Shown: positions 9,007-19,054, counted from the first letter of the stretch. The stretch: DNA of 46,808 nt from an uncultured Anaerolineales bacterium (GCA_964449185.1 CAYUYN010000002.1:1-46808); one strand, 5' to 3'. A program made the numbers and translations. Notes: generated from the sequence alone by a model not told the origin.

Positions 9007-9965
9007 GGTGTGGGCTGCTCGAAGATGAGGTAGTTGGGGGCTGGCTCGCCGGCCGCCTCTTTCCCGGATTCAACGATGATCGGGTTGGCGATCTGCCACT
9101 GCTGCCGGGGGATATCGGTGCGCACCAAGTCGCCGTAGGTCTCCGGGCGCCGCGTACCGACCATGGCTTCCTTGAGCGTCGGCAATTTGTCTTTCAAAGC
9201 ACCGGTCACCCAATACTCATAGCCCTCGTCAAGGTCGACCGTGGCCGTGGCAATGCCTGGGCGGTGGCCGGTATCGGCTCGAGCTTCACCATCGGGGCCA
9301 ACGATTTGGGCGCGGCCGCGCAGCTTGCCAGGCAGATGCGGCAACCCAGCAAAGTTGGAGTGGACGCAGTAGATCTGATTGTCCATGGCGCGCGCGGCGA
9401 GCGAGACGGTGAGGAAGCGGTCGGTGGGTCCCCAGGACATGGTCGCCCAGAACAGGATATCGACGCCGCGCAGCGCGTAGATACGGGCGATCTCGGGGTA
9501 GTGAACGTCCATGCAGATCATGACGCCGATGCGGGCACAGTCGGTCTCAAATACTGGGTAGTCATCGCCCGGCTGGGTCCCGCCTTCGCCGGGCGCCAGG
9601 TGGGTCTTGCGGTAGTGCCCGATGACCTGGCCCTGGCGACCGAGCACAGTGGCGGTGTTGTAAATCAAGCCGTCTTTTTCGCGCTTGGGCCCGACCGGAA
9701 TGATGTGGCAGTTGCCTTCCCGCGCGAGCGCCCGGAAGGGCGCCGTGATTTCATCCCAACGGTCAGCGGCTTCGGCGACGGTGGCCGAGTACGTGTCGGG
9801 GTCAGTGCCCAGGACGGCAAAGTACTCCGGCAAGAGGATGAAGTCGGGTTTCTCCGCGAGGGCCGTGCGTGTCGCGGCCTGCGCGCGGGCGAGATTGTCT
9901 TCAACAGTGACGATGCGGGACGGCAAGTATAGCGAGATGGTGCTGATGCGGACTGGGCGGCTCAT
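9003..9965 (-). CDS. Carbon-nitrogen hydrolase (nitrilase superfamily) amidase-like protein
   Basis: 320 aa. Triad contexts are ILLPEYF, YRKTHL and VMICMDVHYPE. Second CN-hydrolase in the operon. Confidence 0.85.
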   Translation of the reverse strand: MSRPVRISTISLYLPSRIVTVEDNLARAQAATRTALAEKPDFILLPEYFAVLGTDPDTYSATVAEAADRWDEITAPFRALAREGNCHIIPVGPKREKDGLIYNTATVLGRQGQVIGHYRKTHLAPGEGGTQPGDDYPVFETDCARIGVMICMDVHYPEIARIYALRGVDILFWATMSWGPTDRFLTVSLAARAMDNQIYCVHSNFAGLPHLPGKLRGRAQIVGPDGEARADTGHRPGIATATVDLDEGYEYWVTGALKDKLPTLKEAMVGTRRPETYGDLVRTDIPRQQWQIANPIIVESGKEAAGEPAPNYLIFEQPTP

Positions 9966-9968
9966 GTT

Positions 9969-11744
9969 TCAGTCTCCTTGGTGAGGCGAGCGGGGCTGCT
10001 GGAACAGTTCCCACAGGGTGTCGGCGACAAAGCGTCCCAAATAAACATTGCCTTCCACCGATGGGTGACAGGTATCGCTGAACAGTACGTCCCGGCGGTC
10101 ATCGAACTGGCGGCGAAAGAAGCCTTCTCCGTCAATCAGGTCGGCTTGCGCCTCGGCGGCGACGCGCTGCACAGCGCCGTTGTAACAGTCATAGAGCCGG
10201 CGCATGGCTGGCATATCCCCCGCTGTGACAAAGGGCGGGGAGTGCATTTTGCGCCGGTGGGTTTCGCCGGCCAGGCTGAGGTCGGCGGGGAACAGGCAGG
10301 GCAGGGTCATCAGGGCCGGGCGCGCGCCCGCCTGGCGGCACTGCTGGACGATGGTGTGCAGGTGATAGGCGTAGCTGTAGGGATAGAAAGTTTCTAGAGT
10401 CATGGGCCGCCGCTCGCCGCCGACGACCTTGGCGATGTCCCGTTCGCGAGGGTACTCGCCCATCACTTCCCAGGCGGTGGCATAGGCGCGCCCAGTGGTG
10501 TCGAGGTAATCGGCCGGGTTCTCGATAAACAGGTCGTTGCCCGCCACGCCAACGACCACCCAATCGGGCTCAAAGGTCAGCAAGCGTTTGAGCCGCATGA
10601 GGCTGTGGACGCTGGATTGGCCCTCGATTCCCGCGTTGATCACTCGCACGCGCTGAGCGCCGGCCAACTCGTCGAAGCGGCGCTGGGCCTGGGCCGGCCA
10701 GGGCCCCTCGCGGCCGGCGACTCCGAACACACACGAATCGCCCACGACCATGACGCGCATTTCGCCGTCCGGTTTGGCATGCGGGAACATTGGTCCGCGG
10801 AAGCCGTGCCGATTTATTTCATAGCCGCGTTCGGGCTCGGGCTCGGATAAGACTTCCCAGCCGGACGGTCCGCTGCGGTAATAGCCTGGCTTAAGCCGCC
10901 AGCCGCCCCGGTAGTCATAAACCTTGTAAGCCTGCTGCTTTGCGCCAATCACATTGTCCCAGTAGGCGCGGAACTGTAGGTGCTGTTCGACGGACACACG
11001 GTCACGGGCCGCCGGCTCGGCCTGGTGCCGAGCCAAGGTGACGTCGGCAATCTCGTTAAGCGTGATCAACGGCAAACGGCAAGCCGCGGCGGCCTCGAAC
11101 AAGGCTGACAGCAGGTTATGCTCCGGGTCCAGCCCCATCAGGTGCCGTAGCGAACAGGCGAGCGCGAGGATGCGATCCGATTGGGCGGCGGCTTCCAGCT
11201 GACGGAGCAGATGCTGGCGCGCCTCGGCCAATAGGGCGCCGGCGGCAGTGCCGTGCGGGTCTAAGTCGGGCAGCAACGGCAGCGCCACTATCTCGACCAG
11301 GTCGTCAGCGACCATGTGCGGCTGCGGCGCTTCGCCACTGACATAGGTCTGGCAGGCCCACCGGGTCCCGTGGTTCATGAGTAATTGTGTCCAAGCGGGC
11401 TGCTCCGGCAGGGGCAGGGTGCCAGGGCCGCTGAAGGCGAGGCCCCACCAACTCACACGCGCCTGGGTATAGACCGCTTCGAGGGCATTCAAACCTTGAT
11501 CGAGGGCCGGCAAGTCTGCCGCCGCCGGAAGATCCAGGACCGGATCGACGCCGTGTCCGGCCTGGGCCGAATGCCGCAGTGAATCGGCGCAGGCCACCGT
11601 GGCGTCGGCGCCGACACAGAATTGCAGCCGCTGGCCCGGTTTGGCCGCACCGACGATGCGCACGATGGCGGCGGCTTCGGCAGCGGACGACTCTGGAGCG
11701 AGGTCGGCATCAATTCTCAGGCAGAGCGCGGCATGGGAGCCCAT
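9969..11744 (-). CDS. Fusion protein: unknown ~330-aa N-terminal domain plus C-terminal SGNH/GDSL hydrolase
   Basis: 591 aa. All SGNH blocks are visible in the C-terminal half: VVGDSCVFG (block I), AGIEGQSS (II), GVAGNDL (III), FSDTCHPSVEG (V, DxxH). I did not recognise the N-terminal half. Confidence 0.7.
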   Translation of the reverse strand: MGSHAALCLRIDADLAPESSAAEAAAIVRIVGAAKPGQRLQFCVGADATVACADSLRHSAQAGHGVDPVLDLPAAADLPALDQGLNALEAVYTQARVSWWGLAFSGPGTLPLPEQPAWTQLLMNHGTRWACQTYVSGEAPQPHMVADDLVEIVALPLLPDLDPHGTAAGALLAEARQHLLRQLEAAAQSDRILALACSLRHLMGLDPEHNLLSALFEAAAACRLPLITLNEIADVTLARHQAEPAARDRVSVEQHLQFRAYWDNVIGAKQQAYKVYDYRGGWRLKPGYYRSGPSGWEVLSEPEPERGYEINRHGFRGPMFPHAKPDGEMRVMVVGDSCVFGVAGREGPWPAQAQRRFDELAGAQRVRVINAGIEGQSSVHSLMRLKRLLTFEPDWVVVGVAGNDLFIENPADYLDTTGRAYATAWEVMGEYPRERDIAKVVGGERRPMTLETFYPYSYAYHLHTIVQQCRQAGARPALMTLPCLFPADLSLAGETHRRKMHSPPFVTAGDMPAMRRLYDCYNGAVQRVAAEAQADLIDGEGFFRRQFDDRRDVLFSDTCHPSVEGNVYLGRFVADTLWELFQQPRSPHQGD

Positions 11745-11751
11745 CAGCAGT

Positions 11752-12828
11752 TTATTGGCGTCCCGGTGGAACCCACTGTTCCAACCAGGGATAGGCGCGC
11801 TCGCCGCTGAAGCGGTGATAGGGCGCGGGGTACTGAAACAACTCGCTGCGTTCCGCGACGCCGAGGCTTTGGTACACTTGCCGCACCGGCTCGTAATAGG
11901 GGTTGGGCGCGGTGCCTTCCAGGCTCACCAGGACGGGCCGAGGCGCCAGGGCGGCGACCACATCGGGAATGTCCAGCCAGGTGTACAGGTCGGGAATGTA
12001 ATTGCAGAGACAGTCAGCGCAGACGCCGAGCGAAACGCGACGCAGAAAACTGTCGAAATAGCCGGCGATTACGGCCGCACGAATGCGCGGGTCGAGGAGC
12101 GCCAGGTACATGGTCAGCAGACCGCCCAGGCTGAAGCCAATGCAGCCCACCCGGCCGGCGTCGACATCCGGCCGCTGCACCAGGTAGTCCAAGACCCGCT
12201 GCGCGTCCCACACGCCGCAGCCGGCGTAGCTGCGGCCGAAAGCATTTTGCCAGGCGATCTCGGCGATGTGCCAGCTATATTCGTTGGCGGTATAGGGCTC
12301 GCGCTTTTGCGCCTGGTTGAAGTCCCGATTGTCGAGCGAGATCGTCAAGTAACCGCGGCGGGCCAGGTCGGCGCCGTAGGTGTCGTTGTAATGCTCACGC
12401 TCTTCAAGCAAGGCCTGCTGGTCAATATCGAGGGTCGTGGCGAGCAAACCGCAGACCCCATCTTTGCCGTTGGTGACGTGCCCGTGCAGACACAGCAGGG
12501 CGGCATAGGGGCCGTCGCCTTCGGGCAGGGTGACGATGACGGGCGCCCAATAGCCGGGCTCGGTCTGCAAAAAGAAACGTTCTCGCCGCAGCCCATCTTC
12601 CACACTCCGGCGGAACCCGGCCATTTCGGGTTGGGCGGGCAGCATCTGCGCCAGACCGAGCAAGTCGAAGACCTTTTCGCGGACCTGACTGGTCCAGGCG
12701 CGATAGGCGTCGGCGTGCGCATTGGCCGGGACAGCCAGGTGCGGCCGCTGCGTGCGGGCCAACTGCTGGAGCAAGAGGATCGGGTTGGTGTTGAAAGGCG
12801 GGACCGGATCTTCCGAGGTAGAGGACAT
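11752..12828 (-). CDS. Alpha/beta-hydrolase fold esterase (dienelactone hydrolase / acetyl-esterase-like)
   Basis: Trimmed to ATG 12828 (MSSTSEDP), which has GGGAGG 6 nt upstream and sits 1 nt after the upstream stop. Nucleophile elbow GFSLGG and an LCLHGH oxyanion-type motif are present. Confidence 0.7.
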   Translation of the reverse strand: MSSTSEDPVPPFNTNPILLLQQLARTQRPHLAVPANAHADAYRAWTSQVREKVFDLLGLAQMLPAQPEMAGFRRSVEDGLRRERFFLQTEPGYWAPVIVTLPEGDGPYAALLCLHGHVTNGKDGVCGLLATTLDIDQQALLEEREHYNDTYGADLARRGYLTISLDNRDFNQAQKREPYTANEYSWHIAEIAWQNAFGRSYAGCGVWDAQRVLDYLVQRPDVDAGRVGCIGFSLGGLLTMYLALLDPRIRAAVIAGYFDSFLRRVSLGVCADCLCNYIPDLYTWLDIPDVVAALAPRPVLVSLEGTAPNPYYEPVRQVYQSLGVAERSELFQYPAPYHRFSGERAYPWLEQWVPPGRQ

Positions 12829-12829
12829 C

Positions 12830-14512
12830 TCAGACCTCCCCAGCATTGCAGTAGCCGTTGTAGGTGTCGGTGTCCAGCTTGGCGGTGCTCTTCAGCAGGT
12901 CGAACAGGACGCGAATGGTATCGGCATAGGGCCGGGCACCATACCGATCCACGAAAAGGTCGACGGCCTCGCTGCCATAGGCCGCATAGAAATGATCCAC
13001 CGCGGCCAGGAACCGCTGCTTTTTCTTTATCGTTCCGCCGCTATGGAAAAACAATGCTTCGAAGGCGGCCAAGATGTCCAGCATGGCCAGGCGCTGCTCG
13101 CCAAAAAGAAGCAAGTGCTCAAACTTCGCCTGGAGCGCGTGGTAGTGGCGGATTTGATCGGCGCTGCCCCCGGCCAAGGTGTCCGTGCCATACTGTAAAT
13201 CGGCCAGCACACGCCGGCAACGGGCCAGCGCCAGCTCTTTAGGTGTGCGGTAGCCGCCGGCCTCGCGCAGCGCGCCAAAGATGCCGATTTGGTCATCGAA
13301 CAGAGTCTCGGGCAGCAGCCAGCCACCACGCCAGTGGCGGCTGGCATCCTCGCCGGGGTAAACAAAAATGAGATCGTGGAAGATCCATACGCCCTGCTCG
13401 AGCGCCTTGAGCGCAAACGCAGAGGCCGGCCCAAAGTAAGCCTCCGCCCACGGCCAGGCCACGCGCGCCAGGTCAGCCTGCGGGTCTTGCAGCAGGGCGT
13501 CAAAGGCCAGAATATTGAGCTGCGCCTCGTGGTCCCAGGCACGATTGTGAAACGACAGCTGCTCGGTGCCGTAGGCGGCCCGATCAATGCGGGCGACGAG
13601 GCCGCGCACGCCGTGGGCGCGGCAAAGCCCGACCCGCTGCTGCAGGACCTCGGGATAGACGACAGGGAAGCGGCCAAGCCCGAAGTACTCTTGTCCCAGT
13701 TCCTCCTCGGCAATTTCGAACCGGCCGGCGAAAGCGCCCAGACGCGGATTGGTTTTCTGCAGTGGATTATGCCAGTCGCCGTGGTCGCATGCTTTTTGGT
13801 GGATGCGGACCAGCGGGTTCACCTGCTGGAGCATGTCCAACACGTTTTCCAGTTGACCGGCACCGCTGATGCCAAACATGCGCACGGAGATCTGGCGCTG
13901 ATACTGCTTGCAAACGTCGGCCAGGGTGTTCAGAAGATGGACGCAGGCGGCATAGCGCTGTAAGTGGCGATCAGCGGCGGCCGGCAGCGCGGAAATATCC
14001 AGCGCAATGCTCTCGCCGGTCGTCACGACGATGCCGCCCAAATGGGGGATGGTCTCGAACAGCTCTTCGTATTTACCGCGCAGGAAGCGCTGGAAGGCCG
14101 GTGAGGTATAAGCCACTCGGCCCTCGCCATCGCCCAGCGCGGGATAGAAGTCGACCATATCGCACGGGAACCACAGCTCGTGGCACCACACGGCCGTTTC
14201 CAAGCCCAAGGCGTGGGCCCGGTCGCACAGGCGGTTGAACTTGGCGTTCTCGGCGTGGACCGTTTCCAGGCGGCGCGGCATCGAGCGCGATTCATTGACG
14301 CGCGGAAATTCGCGGTAGGTCACCAGGCTATCAATGGGGCAGCGGTCGGGCTGGTTGTAGTACGGGCCGATGAACTCGATATAGTTGATGTCTTGCCGCG
14401 CCGCCTCGTCCAGCATGCGCATGACGTAGGCCTCGTCAAAGGCTACATCCTGCTGGATATTGCAGAGGCCCCAGCCGCGCAGCTCAAAGGCGTTTGCCCC
14501 AGAAGGCGTCAT
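12830..14512 (-). CDS. Hypothetical protein, possibly TIM-barrel glycosidase-like (family not recognised)
   Basis: 560-aa ORF with GC3-rich codon usage. It is embedded in the operon by an ATGA overlap at 14509-14512 and a 1-nt gap at 12829. No motif I can name with confidence. Confidence 0.6.
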   Translation of the reverse strand: MTPSGANAFELRGWGLCNIQQDVAFDEAYVMRMLDEAARQDINYIEFIGPYYNQPDRCPIDSLVTYREFPRVNESRSMPRRLETVHAENAKFNRLCDRAHALGLETAVWCHELWFPCDMVDFYPALGDGEGRVAYTSPAFQRFLRGKYEELFETIPHLGGIVVTTGESIALDISALPAAADRHLQRYAACVHLLNTLADVCKQYQRQISVRMFGISGAGQLENVLDMLQQVNPLVRIHQKACDHGDWHNPLQKTNPRLGAFAGRFEIAEEELGQEYFGLGRFPVVYPEVLQQRVGLCRAHGVRGLVARIDRAAYGTEQLSFHNRAWDHEAQLNILAFDALLQDPQADLARVAWPWAEAYFGPASAFALKALEQGVWIFHDLIFVYPGEDASRHWRGGWLLPETLFDDQIGIFGALREAGGYRTPKELALARCRRVLADLQYGTDTLAGGSADQIRHYHALQAKFEHLLLFGEQRLAMLDILAAFEALFFHSGGTIKKKQRFLAAVDHFYAAYGSEAVDLFVDRYGARPYADTIRVLFDLLKSTAKLDTDTYNGYCNAGEV

Positions 14513-16836
14513 CCGAGCACTTTCTCAAATTGGACCGACCAAGGCACCATCTGGCCGTCAAATTGGAGCGGAATACTCAGGAGATCCTGCGCGTCGCGTG
14601 TCAGCGGAACGGACACCGCATTCACCTGCCCGCTGAGGGGCTGATAAGGCGGGGGGCAGTGGATGATCAGCCGGCCCTGGCCAGCGGGCCGCATGGCCGT
14701 GCCCACCAGACGCTGGTGGCCGGGCTCCCAAGCCACGTGCAGCACTTCCACTCCGCCTTGGGAAACATGCAGGTCGGTGGACAGCAGCCACGGATGCGGG
14801 CGCAGCGGGCGGAGACAGAAGAGGCGGCCGCTGCGGGGAGGTACCGTCACTTCCAGTTCGGGGCCAGCGGCTCCCAAGAAGCGCGCCTCCCAATATTCAT
14901 AAGCGAGGGTCTTGCCGGTAATGCCCAGCCGGGCCAGCGAAAGAGTAAAAGCCCGCTGCTCATCGTCCCAATTAATAAGGGAGACGATGTGCCAGCGATC
15001 CCAACTGGTCTCGACCGTCAAATCATAGAGGCCCGCCACGTCGCTTTCAAGCAAATCGAGCGGGCGCGCGGCCTGACCGTAAGGCGGCAGAATTTGTTTG
15101 AGCAGGGCGAGGCGTGCGGGCGGGATACGTTCAGGCGCCTCGCCGACGGTGACAAAACCGCCGCTATTCGCCACGATCATCAGCCGGACGCGAGCCTCTT
15201 CCAGGGTTTCTGGGCGATCAACCAGCCCGACCATGGCCGGGTCAGCGTCGTTGACCCAAAAACGGTTATGGCAGAAATAGCCCGCGGCCACGTTGCGCGC
15301 CACAGTCTTTACGTGCCTCCAGCGGCGGGCCGCGTCTGGGGTGATCATCGTGTTGCCGGCGCCGGCCTCAGCCGCGGTGGTCGTTGTCGAGCCCGGCGCA
15401 TCGACCGCGCCCACGTCGAGTGCGATGCGGGCGCGGTCGATGAGGCCAATGAGGTTAAAGGTCGGCGACGTGTAGACGCCGATGACAGCCGCGCGGCCCA
15501 GGGTCTCGCGGATGAGGCGCGTCATCAGCCGGTCTGTTTCAAAGGGAAAAGCTAGCCTGCGGTCGTGAAACCGCACCTGGGCGGGACGCTCAATATCGAG
15601 GTCGATGCCGAGGCCAGTACCGTAGAAATCGAGCCAATAGAAGCCGGTGGAGGCTTGTTGGATCTGGCGCCACTGCGCGCGAAACCAGTCTTGGACCTCG
15701 GGCAATGTGATGTCGAGGAGGTAGTAGGGCACCCGGCACGCGCCCCACGACTCGGCGGCGACCTGGGCGGGTTGGCCCTGCGCATCCTGCGCCATCCACT
15801 CCGGATGCTCGCGGAAGACACCGGCGCACGCGCTGGCTTTGCCCCAGAACCCGCCATGCATAAAGTGCAGCCCCATCTCTGCCACCTGCCGACTGACGGC
15901 CGCTATCCCTTCCGGGAAGTTGCCCGGCCACGGCGTGTCTTCGCTAAAGGCGGCCTGGTTCTGCCAGACACCGCTGCCCAACGCCGAGATGCTAAAGGCC
16001 AGGAGCCCGGAAGCCTGCAGTTGGCGCGCGCCGCTGAGGATGAGGTCAGCAGTGCCATGGTCGGAGGTGGGGGTCCAGTTGGCGTACCATTGGTTGTATA
16101 AGCCCTGCAGTGTGGTGTGAAATTGGGGCTTGACGATCGCGACTACGCTGTCGGCGTAGGTTTCCAGCGCCGCCAGGGGGTCGCGGTGGGGCAACAGCAA
16201 TAGGGATTCGAGTTCCAGCACATGGCCAGCCGGCATACGCAGGCCGCCATAGGCCAGGTTCGCACCGAGCGTCAATCGGCTGTCCGGCGTCCAACTACGT
16301 TCAAAGAGAATATTGGTCCGGCCAAAGCTCAGGTTGCCCAGTGCCAGGACGGTCGTGCCCTGCTGCAGCACCGTCACATCCTGGCTAAAGGGCAGGTCTT
16401 CCAACGCCTCGGCGAGCCCGACGGAGCCGCTAAAACCCTGGTGGCCCGAATTACCCAGCCAGCGCCAAGCGGCGGTCTCGGTGGCCGCGCAGGTCCAGGC
16501 CAGCAGTGGCAGGCGGTCCAGCTCGATGGCCTGGGGGAGAGGCCCGGCCTGCCCGGAAATGACCAGGCCGGGCCGGCCCGGGTACAGGTTAACCTCAACC
16601 GTTCCGGCAAGCCTGCCGGGCCAATTCGCCGGCAGGCGAAGCCGCGTGCCGGGTCCCCACATCTCCGCATAGCGGGGCGCTTGATCGACCACGATCTCAC
16701 CCCGCACATCGAAGCCCCAGCCGAAGAACTGCTGCTGGCCGTTCCAGTGGCAGGTGAGGCCGGCGGCACTGACGGTGAAGGCCTGCCCGTTGGCGTGAAA
16801 GGATAAGGACTGTACCGGGCGCGCGATATCCGACAT
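14509..16836 (-). CDS. Clan GH-D (GH27/GH36-like) alpha-galactosidase-like glycoside hydrolase
   Basis: Trimmed to ATG 16836 (MSDIARPV), 4 nt after the upstream TAA. FYWLDFYG resembles the nucleophile motif Y(L/I)K(Y/W)D. RIALDVG resembles the acid/base region. RFWVNDADPAMVG resembles the conserved WNDPDML(x)G motif. Confidence 0.7.
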   Translation of the reverse strand: MSDIARPVQSLSFHANGQAFTVSAAGLTCHWNGQQQFFGWGFDVRGEIVVDQAPRYAEMWGPGTRLRLPANWPGRLAGTVEVNLYPGRPGLVISGQAGPLPQAIELDRLPLLAWTCAATETAAWRWLGNSGHQGFSGSVGLAEALEDLPFSQDVTVLQQGTTVLALGNLSFGRTNILFERSWTPDSRLTLGANLAYGGLRMPAGHVLELESLLLLPHRDPLAALETYADSVVAIVKPQFHTTLQGLYNQWYANWTPTSDHGTADLILSGARQLQASGLLAFSISALGSGVWQNQAAFSEDTPWPGNFPEGIAAVSRQVAEMGLHFMHGGFWGKASACAGVFREHPEWMAQDAQGQPAQVAAESWGACRVPYYLLDITLPEVQDWFRAQWRQIQQASTGFYWLDFYGTGLGIDLDIERPAQVRFHDRRLAFPFETDRLMTRLIRETLGRAAVIGVYTSPTFNLIGLIDRARIALDVGAVDAPGSTTTTAAEAGAGNTMITPDAARRWRHVKTVARNVAAGYFCHNRFWVNDADPAMVGLVDRPETLEEARVRLMIVANSGGFVTVGEAPERIPPARLALLKQILPPYGQAARPLDLLESDVAGLYDLTVETSWDRWHIVSLINWDDEQRAFTLSLARLGITGKTLAYEYWEARFLGAAGPELEVTVPPRSGRLFCLRPLRPHPWLLSTDLHVSQGGVEVLHVAWEPGHQRLVGTAMRPAGQGRLIIHCPPPYQPLSGQVNAVSVPLTRDAQDLLSIPLQFDGQMVPWSVQFEKVLG

Positions 16837-16840
16837 ACGC

Positions 16841-19054
16841 TTACCCCACGCGGGCGAACGGAATGACGAACGGCGTGCGCTGGGCGGTGGTCTGCACCTC
16901 ATAGGCCCAACCGCCGCTGCCATTACCGCGCCCGTGCGCGTCCGCGTGCGGCGCGACGCGCCAGCCGGGCGGCAGCGTGCCGATTAGCGACAACGCCAGG
17001 CCCGGTCGCGTCACCAGTTCGCCGTGCAATTGCTGCTGCTCGGCGTCAAAGCGCAGGTTTTCAACGATCCAGCCGCCCGTAAAGTGATGCGAGGCCGAGA
17101 TGAGCCAGGGATGCGGCCGGCAGGCCTGGGCATGCACCACGGCCACGTCGGCGGGTGGGATGATGACCTCGAAGGCGCCCTGGAACTCGCCCAACCAGCG
17201 CTGCTGCCACCACTCCACGGCACCAAACGCCTGGCCAGGAAGCAGCCCCAGCCACTCCGGCTGAACCTGCACGCGCAGGACGTCGGAGGTCAAGTTGAAT
17301 AGCGCCAGGGCAGGGCCGGCCCCCCAGTCGCTGTCCACGGGCAATTGCCAGATGTGCGGGCCGGAGTCGGGGGCGAGGTGCTCAAACAGATCCAGCGGGC
17401 GGGCCGCCTGACCATAGGCCGGCAGCAGGCGCCGGATGATCTCGAGCCGGTCGGGGGAGAGCCCGCTCAGGTCTTCGCTGACCATCAGGTGTCCCCCGCC
17501 AAAGGCCACGGCGGTGGCCCGCGTGCGGGCCTCGTTCAGCCCGCTGCCGGAGCCCACCTGGATCGAGTCGAAGTCATTGATCCAAAAGCGGCGATGCTTG
17601 TACCACAACGCCCCGCCGGTGCTCAGGCCGCGAGCATATGATTTGATTTCGGCCGGCCAGGCGCCGGCATGGCCGATGTCGGCCGCGATGCGCACTGAAT
17701 CGGCATAACCAAGCTGGATGTTGGTGTGGCATGAACACGGTGCCAGGTGGCTCGCCTGGCCGGTGGCCTCGCGGAAAGTGGCATAGCTCTGAGCATACAG
17801 TTCGGCGGCCGGGTAGGCCGACTGGCGGGCCGCGCTCGCAATGAGCTCGAAGAAATCGAGCTTCCAATAGACGCAGTGCCAGTCCGCTTGCATGCGGTGC
17901 ATTTCGCGCGCCCACTTGGCCTGGACCGCGGGCAGGCTGCCATCGAACAACCGTACTGGCCAGGGTTTTGAAGAATGCCCCGGCAACTGTCCCCAGACAG
18001 CCGCGTGGGTGAGGTACGGCTGCCCGTCGGCATCCTGGGCAAGCAGGGGCTGCACGTTCTCGACGCCCGGGCAGTTATCGGTAACACAGAACGGGCTGTA
18101 CCAAAGCCCCAGTTCCAATCCCCGCCGGCGGATCTCAGCAGCCAGCCAGGGCATCCCTTCTGGAAACCGTTCGGGGTCGGATTCGTCCCAATAGCCCCAA
18201 TTGGCGTCCGGCTCCCAGCCATGATCCAGCAACATCAGCCGGCGCATGGGCTGGGGATAGCTGGCGAACAGCTCGGCGACGGTTTCAGAGTTGCTCAGAA
18301 CAAAATCGCGGTGGATGGCCGTTCGGTAGCTGTACCAAGTCATCATGCCCACGATAGGCGGGTCGTCGAAGCGCCGGCCGTGGTGGGCCTGCACATCGGC
18401 GGCATAGCGCTCGAGCAGCGCCAGCGGGTCTGCGGCGCTCATCCAGACCAGCACATCCAGCGGCGCCTCGGCGCCGGGCTCGACCTGCACGTCGAGCATT
18501 TGCCAGGCCGTCACCCGGTCTAGCCGGTGGCCGGCTGTTGCCTGCGGTGCGGCGTCGATTCCATTGTGGCCGTGACGCTGGCGCAAGAAACCCCACAGCC
18601 ATGCCTGCCGCTGCCCGGCCTCATAGAGCACGGTCTGGAGGCTGCTGCGCTGGAAGGTGCCGTCCCGGTCTTGCGGTTCGCGGAGGTGCCCGCCGAAGAT
18701 GAGGACGGAGGCGGGCGCCGGACTCAAGTCTGACAGGCGCTTGACCCCGCACCAGCCGCACTCACCGGCATCCAAAAAGACGCGCCAATCCGGCTGTGCG
18801 GGCTGCGGCAAGTCCGTAAAATGTATGCGCACATGCTGGAGCTGACATGGCGCGGTGCCGGTGTTGCGCACGCGGGCTTCCAAGCGGAAACCTGCGGCCA
18901 GACGTGACCAGGTGCCAGTCCAGACGAGGGGAGTGCCGGGCACGGGGATAGAAAAGGTGCCGCCCTCCGCAGCGAACTGCTGGGTAATCTCAGCCGCGGA
19001 CGCTGCACCGACCTCGAGGCTGATGTGCAGCTGCGGCTTATCAAATGGGTTCAT
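16841..19054 (-). CDS. Clan GH-D (GH27/GH36-like) alpha-galactosidase-like glycoside hydrolase
   Basis: 737 aa. Motifs VYWKLDFF, RIAADIG and RFWINDFDSIQVG parallel those in 14509-16836. No signal peptide. Confidence 0.7.
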   Translation of the reverse strand: MNPFDKPQLHISLEVGAASAAEITQQFAAEGGTFSIPVPGTPLVWTGTWSRLAAGFRLEARVRNTGTAPCQLQHVRIHFTDLPQPAQPDWRVFLDAGECGWCGVKRLSDLSPAPASVLIFGGHLREPQDRDGTFQRSSLQTVLYEAGQRQAWLWGFLRQRHGHNGIDAAPQATAGHRLDRVTAWQMLDVQVEPGAEAPLDVLVWMSAADPLALLERYAADVQAHHGRRFDDPPIVGMMTWYSYRTAIHRDFVLSNSETVAELFASYPQPMRRLMLLDHGWEPDANWGYWDESDPERFPEGMPWLAAEIRRRGLELGLWYSPFCVTDNCPGVENVQPLLAQDADGQPYLTHAAVWGQLPGHSSKPWPVRLFDGSLPAVQAKWAREMHRMQADWHCVYWKLDFFELIASAARQSAYPAAELYAQSYATFREATGQASHLAPCSCHTNIQLGYADSVRIAADIGHAGAWPAEIKSYARGLSTGGALWYKHRRFWINDFDSIQVGSGSGLNEARTRATAVAFGGGHLMVSEDLSGLSPDRLEIIRRLLPAYGQAARPLDLFEHLAPDSGPHIWQLPVDSDWGAGPALALFNLTSDVLRVQVQPEWLGLLPGQAFGAVEWWQQRWLGEFQGAFEVIIPPADVAVVHAQACRPHPWLISASHHFTGGWIVENLRFDAEQQQLHGELVTRPGLALSLIGTLPPGWRVAPHADAHGRGNGSGGWAYEVQTTAQRTPFVIPFARVG

